Assembly: GCA_013285655.1 (NCBI GenBank)
Contig: JABDHI010000002.1
Location: 9,117-73,116 of the forward strand
Length of the DNA: 64,000 nt
Direction: 5' to 3'
Origin: Bacteroidota bacterium
GTDB taxonomy: Bacteria > Bacteroidota > Bacteroidia > JABEUT01
Shown: positions 1-9,087 of the stretch, one piece after another
Layout of the letters: every line of letters begins with the position of its first letter
Position numbering within the stretch: position 1 is the first letter of the stretch
Notes under the pieces: generated by a model
What the model was told of the DNA's origin: nothing
The model's input: only the letters and a program-made list of their open reading frames with translations
The model's database searches: none
Position numbers and translations under genes: made by a program

Positions 1-665
1 TCAGCCATTGCTTCCAAAAGCATATCGAGCCCCTTATAGCGCCTTATAAAGCCAAAGAAAAGCATGTAAGAGTCACTTGGAGATAGTCCCAGTTTAGCTT
101 TTGCTTCTTCTTTGCTCACCTTTTGCCCGAAATCGAACATAGGGTGAGGATGTAATATGTAATTGGCTTTAGGAGCAAAGGTCAACAGATCATCGGCCAC
201 GTTCTGGCTCATAGCCACAAAGCCATGGTTATTATTTACAAAATACCGGGTGAGTGCTTTATCGTAAAACTTTTGTTCGTGCGGAATAACATTATCGAGT
301 ATGCTAATGTTGATCACGCCCTGTTTTTTAAGCCTTTTAGCGACTGTTCCCAGCGAAGGCGAGAAGTAAGGCATCCAATACTTCGTAATCATCATATCGG
401 GCTTAAAATCGGCTATAGCGCGGGCGGTTTTGCCATAGGTAAACGGGTTAACCGTATCAAGTACCCGAACAGCTTTAACATCTTCTGCCGAATCTTTAGC
501 TTCCGCATACTGGGTTTTACCGGGAAATAATAGCTCAGGGTATTGCCGAGTGAACGTAAATGCCTTTATTTCATGATTCTTGGCAAACTCATTGAACAAA
601 GCCGCATTGAATTGGGCTATACCTCCCCTATACGGATAAAATGTAGATAGATACGCTATGCGCAT
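1..665 (-). CDS. Glycosyltransferase family 4-like, N-terminal ~221 codons; 3' end runs off the window
   Basis: Absent from the ORF track because it is open to the window edge. ATG at 665-663, 2 nt after the upstream GT9 stop. Hand translation: MRIAYLSTFYPYRGGIAQFNAALFNEF...MLFFGFIRRYKGLDMLLEA, typical of a GT4 N-domain and the start of the C-domain. Confidence 0.7.
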   Translation of the reverse strand, partial: MRIAYLSTFYPYRGGIAQFNAALFNEFAKNHEIKAFTFTRQYPELLFPGKTQYAEAKDSAEDVKAVRVLDTVNPFTYGKTARAIADFKPDMMITKYWMPYFSPSLGTVAKRLKKQGVINISILDNVIPHEQKFYDKALTRYFVNNNHGFVAMSQNVADDLLTFAPKANYILHPHPMFDFGQKVSKEEAKAKLGLSPSDSYMLFFGFIRRYKGLDMLLEAMA

Positions 666-667
666 GC

Positions 668-1753
668 TTATACCAGCTTTTGAATGGACGAGAACACGCT
701 ATTTACCGGAAGATCGTTCATACAGCATTTTTCGCGGGTACAGGTATTGCCGTAAAAATCATCGCAGCCCGAAGTAGGCTCTACAATAATTCCTCTGCCA
801 TACATTTCGAATTCGTGCCTGTTGAATATGTTATTGAACAATACCAGTGGGCGTTTCAGTCCAATAGCAATGTGCATCATCATACTTACAGCAGTAACAA
901 TAAGGTCGCAGTTAGCAGTAATGGCAATAAACTCTTCTAAAGAATAAGTACCCGGGTAATACAATCCTGTTTCCTGGGCAAATGATTTATTACGCGCATC
1001 CTCCGCCTCACCACCCAAAGCAACAGGATAGTATCCTGCCTTTTGTAACTGACGTATTAACTCAATCCAATACTCATTAGGCCACAAACGGGTGTTCCAA
1101 CGGGGACCACAGCCGGTATTAAGACCTACTATTTTTTTGTCCTGCGCTTTTTCTTTCAATACCTCCCACTTCTTAACCAATGTACTGTTTACATTCAGCA
1201 CCGGCTCTTCTTTCTGAAAATCGAGTTCGCATATTTCAAATATCTCTTGCGGATAGCTCTTAGTATTGGCTTTCGATTCATCATCGAACAAGCCTGTAAC
1301 TATCTTCCTGTCTGCTGCAGCGTTCGTTCCAACAAGGTGATTATCCTTGCGGGTAAATCCGTATTTCTGTTTTGCTTTTACTTGCGATAATAAAGTGCAA
1401 GCTTCAACATCTTTATCAAGATTGATAGCTATATCAAACTCTTGCGAGAATAAGGGCAAAATGCTTTTATATTCGAACTTTGCAATAACATCAATACTGC
1501 CATCATGTGGCAATATATCTGGTGAGTGGGTTATCCAGGTAATATGTGCGTTAGGATACATCTTTCTATAGCGCACTAATAAAGCAGTAGAACGTATAAC
1601 ATCACCCAGCGCACCAAGCTTAACAATAAGTATGCGATGGCTTACCTGTATATATTCATCACAGGTACATTTTTTACCTCTAAGCTTATTCGGTTTACAA
1701 GGAATATCACCTCGAAAATACTTACAATCGAACTTAACCTCTTTAATATCCAT
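668..1753 (-). CDS. Glycosyltransferase family 9 (heptosyltransferase-like) with Cys clusters at both termini
   Basis: ILIVKLGALGDVIRSTALL motif typical of GT9, 361 aa. N-terminal CKYFRGDIPCKPNKLRGKKCTC and C-terminal C..C....CC clusters. Confidence 0.8.
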   Translation of the reverse strand: MDIKEVKFDCKYFRGDIPCKPNKLRGKKCTCDEYIQVSHRILIVKLGALGDVIRSTALLVRYRKMYPNAHITWITHSPDILPHDGSIDVIAKFEYKSILPLFSQEFDIAINLDKDVEACTLLSQVKAKQKYGFTRKDNHLVGTNAAADRKIVTGLFDDESKANTKSYPQEIFEICELDFQKEEPVLNVNSTLVKKWEVLKEKAQDKKIVGLNTGCGPRWNTRLWPNEYWIELIRQLQKAGYYPVALGGEAEDARNKSFAQETGLYYPGTYSLEEFIAITANCDLIVTAVSMMMHIAIGLKRPLVLFNNIFNRHEFEMYGRGIIVEPTSGCDDFYGNTCTREKCCMNDLPVNSVFSSIQKLV

Positions 1754-1761
1754 AATTACAA

Positions 1762-1790
1762 ATATCGAATAACGAATACTGAATATCCAA
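1762..1790. repeat. Left arm of the ATCGAATAACGAATAYTGAA repeat family flanking the four-helix-bundle ORF
   Basis: 1762-1785 matches 55261-55284 at 22/24. 1767-1783 is complementary (16/17) to 2200-2216. Confidence 0.75.
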
Positions 1791-1809
1791 TTTCGAAATA
1801 AAAACAGAA

Positions 1810-2241
1810 CTACTTTCTTCTGTCATTATTCTTTTTTGCTGTTTCAATACTCTTGTTAAAAATAGCAATCAATTCATTACACTCAACCAATCCCTTATCA
1901 ACCATATTGGTTTTACTACTGAGTGAAACTCTCTTAATTATTTTCAAGCTTACAAAAGTCTCCCGAAGTTCCTTGAGTAATATTTTTAATTTATGAATAA
2001 AGTCGGCACTTGATTCTGCGCTTTGAGCTTCTCCGTATTGCAAAGCAGGTGAAGTACCCGACCTAACTACTTGACCTGAAAGATGCCTTCCGGCAGGAGT
2101 ATTTTGTAAGCTTTCTGAAATCTCAATTACTACAACAGAAAAATCAATAAGCCTGTCTTCCAAATCAAATTTTCTTTTGCTCTGATTTGGAGCCTCCACT
2201 TCAGTATTCGATATTCTTTGTTCGGTATTCATTATTGGCAT
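1810..2241 (-). CDS. Four-helix-bundle protein (23S rRNA intervening-sequence protein / Avd-like family)
   Basis: FDLEDRLIDFSV...SGQVVRSGTSPALQYGEAQSAESSADFIHKLKILLKELRET is the family signature. The N-terminus is encoded by the repeat. Confidence 0.8.
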   Translation of the reverse strand: MPIMNTEQRISNTEVEAPNQSKRKFDLEDRLIDFSVVVIEISESLQNTPAGRHLSGQVVRSGTSPALQYGEAQSAESSADFIHKLKILLKELRETFVSLKIIKRVSLSSKTNMVDKGLVECNELIAIFNKSIETAKKNNDRRK

Positions 2242-2284
2242 TCTGTCTTTCCCTTCAGTATTCGATATTCCTTGTTCGATATTC
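2199..2284. repeat. Two 32-nt direct repeats (2199-2230, 2253-2284; 30/32 identical), inverted relative to 1762-1790
   Basis: CTTCAGTATTCGATATTC(T/C)TTGTTCG(G/A)TATTC read directly. Copy 1 overlaps the ORF start. Confidence 0.85.
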
Positions 2285-2312
2285 GATATTAATATTGGCT
2301 ATTCGCCAATAT

Positions 2313-3245
2313 TTAGACTTCTTTCTCTACCTGGTATTTAACCTTATCATTATTACCTTGCGATATAAGTTCACCCAGGAACCCTGCAAGGAAGAATTGT
2401 GTACCCAATATCATGAATAGTATGCCAAAGTAAAATGCCGGCCTGTCGGTCATTTTGTATATGTGGTTTATAAACTTATCGTATGTAAGTATGGCAGCTT
2501 CGGCAAAGCCAAGCAGGAACAATACAGTGCCGATCAAGCCAAATAAATGCATTGGCTTACGGCCGAATTTGGTAACAAAGCTTATTGAAAGCAGATCGAG
2601 AAAACCATTCACAAAACGGCTCATACCAAACTTACTGGTGCCATATTTGCGGCTTTGATGCTGTACTATCTTCTCCCCTATGTTCGAAAATCCCGCCCAT
2701 TTAGCCAATACCGGTATATACCTGTGCATTTCTCCATGAACCTCTACATTCTTAACCACATCATTATTGTATGCTTTTAAACCACAATTAAAGTCGTGCA
2801 GGTAAATGCCCGACATTTTGCGTGTGGCCCAGTTAAATAGTTTAGTAGGTATTGTTTTGGTAATAGGGTCATATCGCTTCTGTTTCCAGCCCGATACCAT
2901 ATCAAAACCATCCACAATTATCATTTTGTACAGATCAGGTATTTCATCAGGCGAGTCCTGCAAGTCAGCATCCATGGTAATTACCACATTACCTTTGGCT
3001 CTTGCAAAAGCTACATTCAGCGCTGCCGATTTGCCATAGTTACGCCTTAAGCGAATCCCTTTTATCGAACTATTTTTAGCAGCCTGCTCCTCTATTACTT
3101 TCCACGATGCATCTTTGCTACCATCATCGGTCAACAACACTTCATAGCTAAAATTATTAGCCTTCATTACACGCTCTATCCAAGCGCACAACTCCGGTAA
3201 TGACTCAGCTTCGTTAAGTAAAGGAACAACTACTGAAATATCCAT
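2313..3245 (-). CDS. Glycosyltransferase family 2, polyprenyl-phosphate glycosyltransferase-like (two C-terminal TM helices)
   Basis: VVVPLLNEAESL...LTDDGSKD...ITMDADLQD motifs, plus a hydrophobic C-terminus. Confidence 0.85.
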   Translation of the reverse strand: MDISVVVPLLNEAESLPELCAWIERVMKANNFSYEVLLTDDGSKDASWKVIEEQAAKNSSIKGIRLRRNYGKSAALNVAFARAKGNVVITMDADLQDSPDEIPDLYKMIIVDGFDMVSGWKQKRYDPITKTIPTKLFNWATRKMSGIYLHDFNCGLKAYNNDVVKNVEVHGEMHRYIPVLAKWAGFSNIGEKIVQHQSRKYGTSKFGMSRFVNGFLDLLSISFVTKFGRKPMHLFGLIGTVLFLLGFAEAAILTYDKFINHIYKMTDRPAFYFGILFMILGTQFFLAGFLGELISQGNNDKVKYQVEKEV

Positions 3246-3258
3246 ATACGCCTTTAAA

Positions 3259-3786
3259 CTATGCTATTGGTGTATTATTGTCTTCCATAAAAGGTTTTGG
3301 TTTAGATGTAATAGCCGCAGCTAATAGGCCCACAATAGCACCAATAATAATATTACCGATTAAACTAAATATCATCATCATTGCAGGAGTCATAAACATC
3401 TTTGTATATTTCATAGCCATTTCAATCTGTTCACTGCTCATACCTTTATTTACCATATTGGCTTGACTCTGTTCGATCATTTTAGAAATAAAATCGGGGC
3501 TAAGCTGCATGAATATGAGAAAATAGATTGTAGTAATAACTGAAATTATTAGTACCATAAGTATGCCAATTTTATATTGATCACCAAATGAAGCATAACC
3601 GCCGTTAACCTTATCGCGAAACTGGCGCATAGCCATTATCATGCCACCAATCATAATAACATAACCAAAGTATGACACGGAGGGATTAGAGAAGCTTGCG
3701 CCTGTTACATACATTAAATATGAAAAGAGACTCATAACAATTGCTGTTATAATTCCCCATCTAACTATAACTGTGGATTTTTTCAT
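3259..3786 (-). CDS. DUF4199-like four-TM membrane protein
   Basis: 175 aa with four hydrophobic segments. Size and position next to a GT2 gene are typical of Bacteroidota DUF4199. Family call is from memory only. Confidence 0.5.
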   Translation of the reverse strand: MKKSTVIVRWGIITAIVMSLFSYLMYVTGASFSNPSVSYFGYVIMIGGMIMAMRQFRDKVNGGYASFGDQYKIGILMVLIISVITTIYFLIFMQLSPDFISKMIEQSQANMVNKGMSSEQIEMAMKYTKMFMTPAMMMIFSLIGNIIIGAIVGLLAAAITSKPKPFMEDNNTPIA

Positions 3787-3810
3787 GTATTTGAGATTAT
3801 ATTATATTTA

Positions 3811-3818
3811 CAAAAGTA
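3811..3818 (-). promoter_or_regulatory. Candidate Bacteroidota -7 box TACTTTTG (TAnnTTTG) for the DUF4199-GT operon
   Basis: Plus strand reads CAAAAGTA, about 25 nt upstream of the ATG at 3786. Confidence 0.3.
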
Positions 3819-3873
3819 ATTTTTTTCACTTACCATTAAGATACATTTATAACAGCAAACCAAACAATAAACT

Positions 3874-4203
3874 ATGGATAAACAATTAGTAACAACCGGA
3901 ACAGAACTTGCAGGATACCGTGTAGTTAAGAACTTAGGTGTAGTGCGTGGTATTATAGTCCGTTCACGCAGCCTTATCGGAAACATCGGCGCTGGCTTCC
4001 AATCGCTTTTTGGTGGCAACATTACCATTTACACCAACCTGTGCGAAAAAGCCCGTGAGGACGCTTTTAACCTAATGCTTGCTCATGCTGAAGAACACGG
4101 TGCTAATGCTATTATAGCTGCCCGTTACGATGCTAATGAAGTAATGCAAGGCATTACTGAAGTTTTAGCATACGGTACAGCTGTAGTGGTTGAAAAGATA
4201 TAA
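3874..4203 (+). CDS. ybjQ: YbjQ/UPF0145 family protein
   Basis: [22 protein letters not shown]...[11 protein letters not shown]...AYGTAVVV is a full-length match to the family pattern. Confidence 0.85.
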   Translation: MDKQLVTTGTELAGYRVVKNLGVVRGIIVRSRSLIGNIGAGFQSLFGGNITIYTNLCEKAREDAFNLMLAHAEEHGANAIIAARYDANEVMQGITEVLAYGTAVVVEKI

Positions 4204-4244
4204 ACCAAGTTTACCGCAGAGACGCTAAGGCGCAAATTCTCGTT

Positions 4245-4292
4245 ATTGCGAATCCGCGGGTTGGCGGATGTGGCAATCCCAGTATTTTTTTT
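4245..4292 (+). terminator. Candidate terminator hairpin after ybjQ
   Basis: ATTGC-GA-ATCCGC / loop GGGTTG / GCGGAT-GTG-GCAAT, then a T8 run at 4285-4292, 8 nt after the stem. Confidence 0.35.
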
Positions 4293-4304
4293 CAAAGAAC
4301 ACTT

Positions 4305-4350
4305 AAAATGCAACACTTTTTCTCGCAGATTGAAAAATGTGTTGCATTTT
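4305..4350. terminator. Long hairpin (12+5 bp, one bulge, 11-nt loop), terminator-like in both directions
   Basis: AAAATGCAACACTTTTT ... AAAAATGTGTTGCATTTT read directly. Confidence 0.35.
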
Positions 4351-4378
4351 CATTTTACTGCAATATCTGTTCCTACTC

Positions 4379-4459
4379 ACCCCAAACCCCTAAAGGGGTT
4401 TTGAATGTATACTGTGCTTTTCAACGCAAATAATTAAAGCCCCTTTAGGGGTTTGGGGT
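4379..4459. repeat. Nested-palindrome repeat element, copy A
   Basis: ACCCCAAACCCCTAAAGGGG ... CCCCTTTAGGGGTTTGGGGT. The same arms occur at 24359-24425. Confidence 0.8.
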
Positions 4460-4792
4460 AAATAGCTGGCATGTTGAGCTTGTCGAAACATATTCTATTT
4501 TCTACCACAAATTACTCAGGTTTCCACAGATTCCTAAAACCTCTGTAATGGGGTTACACTTTTTATGTTTGTTACCCATCAACATATTGGTTTTCAATAT
4601 ACTGAACTCGAAATTTTTCATAGTTTTGTCACCCCACTTTCGGGTTTTCACCCTTTAATTTTTCAGGTTATATTTAACCGCAAAATACGCCAAGTTTAAA
4701 ACCATGCCAAGGCCGCAAAGAACTACTACAAATTTAAACAATAGCGTTAGCCTATTAAACAAAATAGAATGGCATTTTTCAACAACTCGCAT

Positions 4793-4824
4793 AAATAAAA
4801 AAGGGGCTAAAAGCCCCTTTTTTA
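4793..4824. terminator. Rho-independent, bidirectional terminator ending the ribosomal supercluster
   Basis: AAAAAA-GGGGCT-AAA-AGCCCC-TTTTTT, 22 nt downstream of the rplQ stop. Confidence 0.8.
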
Positions 4825-4845
4825 TTATTATAGTTTGGTTGAGAA

Positions 4846-5334
4846 TTACTCAGCTGCAGCAGCAGTTTTAGCTGCTTTCTCGCCGGTAGCTCCACCTTTT
4901 TTACGTCCCCTACGGGTTGTGCCCTTAGCTGCTTTTGTATCTTCAGCTTTGGTTACTGTAGCACCTGACAGGTTATCGTTAAAGTCAACAAGTTCTAATA
5001 AACACATATCAGCGTTATCGCCGGCGCGTGCACCGGTCTTAAGTATGCGTGTGTATCCACCAGGACGTGTAGCTACCTTAGGTGCAATGGTTCTGAAAAG
5101 TTCCATAACAGCATCCTTGTTTTGCAAGTAGCTGAATGCAAGCCTGCGGCTAGCGGTTGTGTCTTCTTTCGATTTTGTAATGATAGGCTCAACATAGATC
5201 TTAAGCGCTTTAGCCTTAGCCAATGTAGTGTTGATCCTTTTGTGCATGATCAAAGAAGCCGACATGTTCGAGAACAACGCCTTGCGGTGTGAGCTTGTAC
5301 GGCCTAAGTGATTGTGTTTATTTAAGTGTCTCAT
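4846..5334 (-). CDS. rplQ: 50S ribosomal protein L17 (with Ala/Lys/Gly-rich C-terminal tail)
   Basis: [24 protein letters not shown]. Confidence 0.95.
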   Translation of the reverse strand: MRHLNKHNHLGRTSSHRKALFSNMSASLIMHKRINTTLAKAKALKIYVEPIITKSKEDTTASRRLAFSYLQNKDAVMELFRTIAPKVATRPGGYTRILKTGARAGDNADMCLLELVDFNDNLSGATVTKAEDTKAAKGTTRRGRKKGGATGEKAAKTAAAAE

Positions 5335-5383
5335 TTCTTTCTTGAAAAATTCTTAATTCCTAATTCTTAATCTTAATTAAATA

Positions 5384-6376
5384 TTACTCTTTGTCCAGTC
5401 TGTACTTGTCAATGGTCATACCAAAAGAAAGTCCTTTTGTTTTGATAAGGTCTTCAATTTCAGTAAGAGACTTCTTACCAAAGTTGCGGAACTTTAACAA
5501 GTCGTTCTTGTTGAATTGAACTAATTGGCCAAGGGTACTTACTTCAGCTGCCTTTAAGCAGTTAAGCGCACGTACTGAAAGGTCCATATCAACCAATTTG
5601 GTTTTAAGTAATTGACGGATACGTAAGTCGTTCTCATCTAATTCTTCGCTTTGGCTCTTGCTGTCTAAATCAATAGTGATCTTTTCATCGGAGAACAATG
5701 CAAAGTGGTAGATAAGAATTTTAGCAGCCTCTTTTAATGCTTCTTTAGGATGGATAGAACCATCGGTAACAACAGTAAGTAACAACTTTTCATAGTCAGT
5801 CTTCTGTTCAACACGGAAGTTTTCTACGGTGTATCTTACGTTCTTTATCGGAGTAAAGATTGAGTCAATTGGAACGATTCCTATTTCTGCATTCAATGGC
5901 TTGTTTTCTTCAGCAGGAACATAACCACGTCCTTTAACGATGGTAATATCCATTTTAAGTTTCACTGAAGATTCCATACGGCAAATAACCTGGTCTGGGT
6001 TAAGAACCTGGAATGCTGAAGTAAATTTACCAAGGTCGCCCGCGGTAAGTACTTCTTTATCGCTAATAGAAATGCTAACTTTTTCGGTATTGGTACCGTC
6101 AATTTGCTTTTTAAACCTAACTTGTTTCAGGTTCAATACTATTTCGGTTACGTCTTCCATTACGCCTTTAATAGTAGCGAATTCATGGTCAACACCTTGT
6201 ATCTTCACTGAAGAGATAGCATATCCTTCGAGAGAAGAAAGTAAAATACGCCTTAATGCATTGCCAATGGTAATACCATAGCCAGGCTCTAAAGGCTTGA
6301 ATTCAAACTCTCCTTCTACTTCTGTAGAAGATGTCATTATAACTTTATCAGGTTTTTGAAATGCTAAGATCGCCAT
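5384..6376 (-). CDS. rpoA: DNA-directed RNA polymerase subunit alpha
   Basis: Start moved to [12 protein letters not shown] (ATG at 6376). The track's earlier ATG at 6430 would overlap the rpsD 3' end. Confidence 0.93.
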   Translation of the reverse strand: MAILAFQKPDKVIMTSSTEVEGEFEFKPLEPGYGITIGNALRRILLSSLEGYAISSVKIQGVDHEFATIKGVMEDVTEIVLNLKQVRFKKQIDGTNTEKVSISISDKEVLTAGDLGKFTSAFQVLNPDQVICRMESSVKLKMDITIVKGRGYVPAEENKPLNAEIGIVPIDSIFTPIKNVRYTVENFRVEQKTDYEKLLLTVVTDGSIHPKEALKEAAKILIYHFALFSDEKITIDLDSKSQSEELDENDLRIRQLLKTKLVDMDLSVRALNCLKAAEVSTLGQLVQFNKNDLLKFRNFGKKSLTEIEDLIKTKGLSFGMTIDKYRLDKE

Positions 6377-6410
6377 CTGGATATTTAGTTTTGAAGGATT
6401 ATTAATACTA

Positions 6411-7022
6411 TTATTTAGAGTACAATTCAACGATAAGCTGTTCCCTAATGTTTTCAGGTATCTGGTCTCTTGGAGGGAGTGCCAGGTATGTACCTTCTAA
6501 CGATTGTGAGTTAAACTCGATCCAAGCATATGGATGCGGGTTACCTGCGCCTACTGCATTAGCAATAATTTCAAGTGATTTCGATTTTTCCCGAACTGCA
6601 ACTTTATCACCTGGTTTAAGGGTGTAAGAAGCAATGTTCACAGGGTTTCCGTTAACCAAAATGTGGCCGTGGTTAACCAATTGCCTTGCAGCTGCGCGCC
6701 TTGGAGCAATACCCATACGATAAACTACGTTATCGAGCCTCGATTCTACCAACTGAAGTAATACTTCACCGGTAACACCCTTAGAACGGCTAGCCTTAGC
6801 AAAGGTTTTACGGAATTGTTTTTCCAATATACCATAGGTATATTTTGCCTTTTGCTTTTCTTGCAACTGTTCAGAGTATTCAGAATGCTTAGAACCACGT
6901 TTCTTTCCGAAACCGTGCATCCCCGGAGGGTAGTTCTTCTTTTCTAATACTTTATCAGGGCCAAAAATTGGCTCTTTAAACTTTCTAGCTATTCTCGAAC
7001 GAGGACCAGTGTATCTTGCCAT
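6411..7022 (-). CDS. rpsD: 30S ribosomal protein S4
   Basis: [15 protein letters not shown]. Confidence 0.95.
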   Translation of the reverse strand: MARYTGPRSRIARKFKEPIFGPDKVLEKKNYPPGMHGFGKKRGSKHSEYSEQLQEKQKAKYTYGILEKQFRKTFAKASRSKGVTGEVLLQLVESRLDNVVYRMGIAPRRAAARQLVNHGHILVNGNPVNIASYTLKPGDKVAVREKSKSLEIIANAVGAGNPHPYAWIEFNSQSLEGTYLALPPRDQIPENIREQLIVELYSK

Positions 7023-7041
7023 TGTTACTTATTATTATAAA

Positions 7042-7458
7042 TTAAACTTTACGTTTCTTAGGAGGCCTGCAACCATTGTGCGGAAGAGGTGTAATATCTA
7101 CGATCTCGGTAACTTCAATACCGGAAGCGCCAATGTTACGGATAGCTGAATCTCTACCGGCTCCAGGGCCTTTTATATACACTTTCACCTTACGCAAACC
7201 AAGGTCAGTAGCTACTTTAGAAGCATCTTGCGCTGCAACCTGGGCTGCAAACGGAGTATTCTTCTTAGCGCCTCTGAAACCCATTTTACCTGCGCTCGAC
7301 CATGCAATGGTTTGACCGCTGATATTGGTAAAGGTTATTATAATGTTATTAAAAGTAGCGTTAACGTGCGCTTGTCCTACTGCGTCAACTTTAACAGTTC
7401 TTTTTCTAACTACTTTGTTTGCTGCTGGTGCTGCACCTGCTTGTTGCGGTTTTGCCAT
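7042..7458 (-). CDS. rpsK: 30S ribosomal protein S11
   Basis: [16 protein letters not shown]...[14 protein letters not shown]. Confidence 0.95.
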   Translation of the reverse strand: MAKPQQAGAAPAANKVVRKRTVKVDAVGQAHVNATFNNIIITFTNISGQTIAWSSAGKMGFRGAKKNTPFAAQVAAQDASKVATDLGLRKVKVYIKGPGAGRDSAIRNIGASGIEVTEIVDITPLPHNGCRPPKKRKV

Positions 7459-7479
7459 TTTTCTGCGTGCTATTTATTA

Positions 7480-7857
7480 TTATTTAACTGCCATTTTCTT
7501 GTTAGCAATGGTCTTCCTTCTTCCCTTACGGGTACGAGCATTGGTTTGGGTGTTTTGTCCCCTAACCGGTAAACCCATACGATGGCGCATACCGCGGTAT
7601 GAGCCAATATCTATAAGCCTTTTGATGTTAAGCTGTACTTCTGAACGAAGTGCTCCTTCTACTTTTACTTCTTCAGTAATGATCTTACGTATCTTATTCA
7701 ACATATCGTCATTCCACTCAGAAACCTTCATAACAGGGTCAACACCAGCTTCGGCTAATATTTTGCGCGACTTGCTGCGACCAATGCCATAAATGTAAGT
7801 AAGGCCTATTTCGCCTTGTTTATTATTAGGTAAATCTACACCTGATATACGTGCCAT
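7480..7857 (-). CDS. rpsM: 30S ribosomal protein S13
   Basis: [13 protein letters not shown]. Confidence 0.95.
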   Translation of the reverse strand: MARISGVDLPNNKQGEIGLTYIYGIGRSKSRKILAEAGVDPVMKVSEWNDDMLNKIRKIITEEVKVEGALRSEVQLNIKRLIDIGSYRGMRHRMGLPVRGQNTQTNARTRKGRRKTIANKKMAVK

Positions 7858-7909
7858 ATTTTATTCTTTTTTTTTATTTCGGGCTGCGAAGTTAATAAAT
7901 AATTCAATA

Positions 7910-8032
7910 TCAACCGCCTTTTTGTCTTTGTTTGAATTTTGGGTTCTTCTTGTTGATTACATAAAGACGGCCTTTACGCTTAACTATCTTACAGTCAGCG
8001 CTCCTCTTTTTAATTGATACTTTTACTTTCAT
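7910..8032 (-). CDS. rpmJ: 50S ribosomal protein L36 (40 aa, single-Cys non-zinc form)
   Basis: Not in the ORF track (<60 aa). Hand translation: [40 protein letters not shown]. Confidence 0.88.
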   Translation of the reverse strand: MKVKVSIKKRSADCKIVKRKGRLYVINKKNPKFKQRQKGG

Positions 8033-8062
8033 GGCTTAATTGTTATTGTCTGCTTTTTACTA

Positions 8063-8278
8063 TTAATACCTCATTATTATTCTTCCTTTGCTCAGGTCGT
8101 AAGGCGAAAGTTCTAGTTTCACCCTGTCTCCAGGCAATAATTTTATGTAGTTCATACGCATTTTTCCCGAAATGTGCGCTGTTACCATGTGTCCATTTTC
8201 CAGTTCAACCCTGAACATAGCATTTGATAATGCTTCTGTAATGGTTCCGTCCTGTTCTACCGATAACTGTTTTGTCAT
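8063..8278 (-). CDS. infA: Translation initiation factor IF-1
   Basis: [23 protein letters not shown]. Confidence 0.95.
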   Translation of the reverse strand: MTKQLSVEQDGTITEALSNAMFRVELENGHMVTAHISGKMRMNYIKLLPGDRVKLELSPYDLSKGRIIMRY

Positions 8279-8279
8279 A

Positions 8280-9068
8280 TCAGAATTGTGCTGCTTCTAC
8301 TTTTTCTATTTCTTCAAACGATGTCAATAATTCTGCTTTCCCGCTTCCTATGGCTACCGTATGCTCAAAATGAGCCGAAGGTTTACCATCTTTTGCTGTT
8401 ATTGTCCACCCGTCGTTCTCTTGTTTCACTTCCTTCTTTCCCATATTTATCATTGGCTCTATTGCTATCACCAATCCGCGCTGTAACTTAATACCGTTAC
8501 CTTTTTTACCGTAGTTTGGTACATCAGGCGCTTCGTGCAGATGTCTGCCTATTCCGTGCCCTACCAGTTCCCTAACTACTCCGTACTTATGTTCCTCTGC
8601 GTATCCGCCAATAGCTGAGCTAATATCCCCCATTCTATTGCCTTCTTTCGCTTCGTTTATCCCTTTGTAAAGCGATTCTTTGGTAACCTTTAATAAGTTA
8701 GCCAGTTCTTCGCTTATCTTTCCTACTCTAAATGTATAGGCCGAATCTCCATAATAACCATCTTTCACAACCCCGCAGTCTACCGAAACAATATCGCCTT
8801 CTTTTAAGGCGTAGTTTCCCGGTATACCGTGTACTACCTGTGCGTTAACCGAAACACAAAGCGTAGCAGGAAATCCCTTATACCCTTTGAAGGCCGGTTT
8901 AGCGCCTTGCGATAGTATATAACTTTCAGCTATCTTATCCAGATCTGCTGTAGTTATGCCCGGCTTAATTGATTTACCAACTTCTGCCAGGGTTTTTGAA
9001 ACAATCAAAGAACTTTCACGAATCTTTTCAATATCGCTTTCAGTCTTATAATATATTGTACTGCCCAC
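8280..9068 (-). CDS. map: Methionine aminopeptidase type I
   Basis: VHGIPG...DIVSVDCG...GHGIG..HE...EPM...HFEHT metal-ligand pattern. Confidence 0.93.
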   Translation of the reverse strand: MGSTIYYKTESDIEKIRESSLIVSKTLAEVGKSIKPGITTADLDKIAESYILSQGAKPAFKGYKGFPATLCVSVNAQVVHGIPGNYALKEGDIVSVDCGVVKDGYYGDSAYTFRVGKISEELANLLKVTKESLYKGINEAKEGNRMGDISSAIGGYAEEHKYGVVRELVGHGIGRHLHEAPDVPNYGKKGNGIKLQRGLVIAIEPMINMGKKEVKQENDGWTITAKDGKPSAHFEHTVAIGSGKAELLTSFEEIEKVEAAQF

Positions 9069-9087
9069 GGTAATGCTTAAATACTAC

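Noticed and set aside
1810-2241. Possibility that the four-helix-bundle (Avd-like) gene marks a diversity-generating retroelement.
   Set aside because: No reverse transcriptase ORF and no template/variable repeat pair occur anywhere in the window. The repeats present are short structural inverted repeats.
4125-4316. 63-aa minus-strand ORF across the ybjQ 3' end and the repeat/hairpin region (also 3783-4028 minus).
   Set aside because: It overlaps a well-supported gene and runs through palindromic repeat sequence. No protein-like features were seen.
6377-6430. 18-codon N-terminal extension of rpoA ([18 protein letters not shown]...).
   Set aside because: It overlaps the 3' end of rpsD. RpoA proteins begin at [10 protein letters not shown]-like sequences, so the ATG at 6376 was chosen.
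7325-7792. 155-aa plus-strand ORF, and similar ones at 7228-7572, 15409-15750, 16559-16903 and 18285-18806, inside the ribosomal cluster.
   Set aside because: They are antisense to highly conserved r-protein genes. Their composition is Leu/Ser/Cys/Phe-rich and low-complexity, with no recognisable motifs. They are shadow ORFs of the real minus-strand genes.
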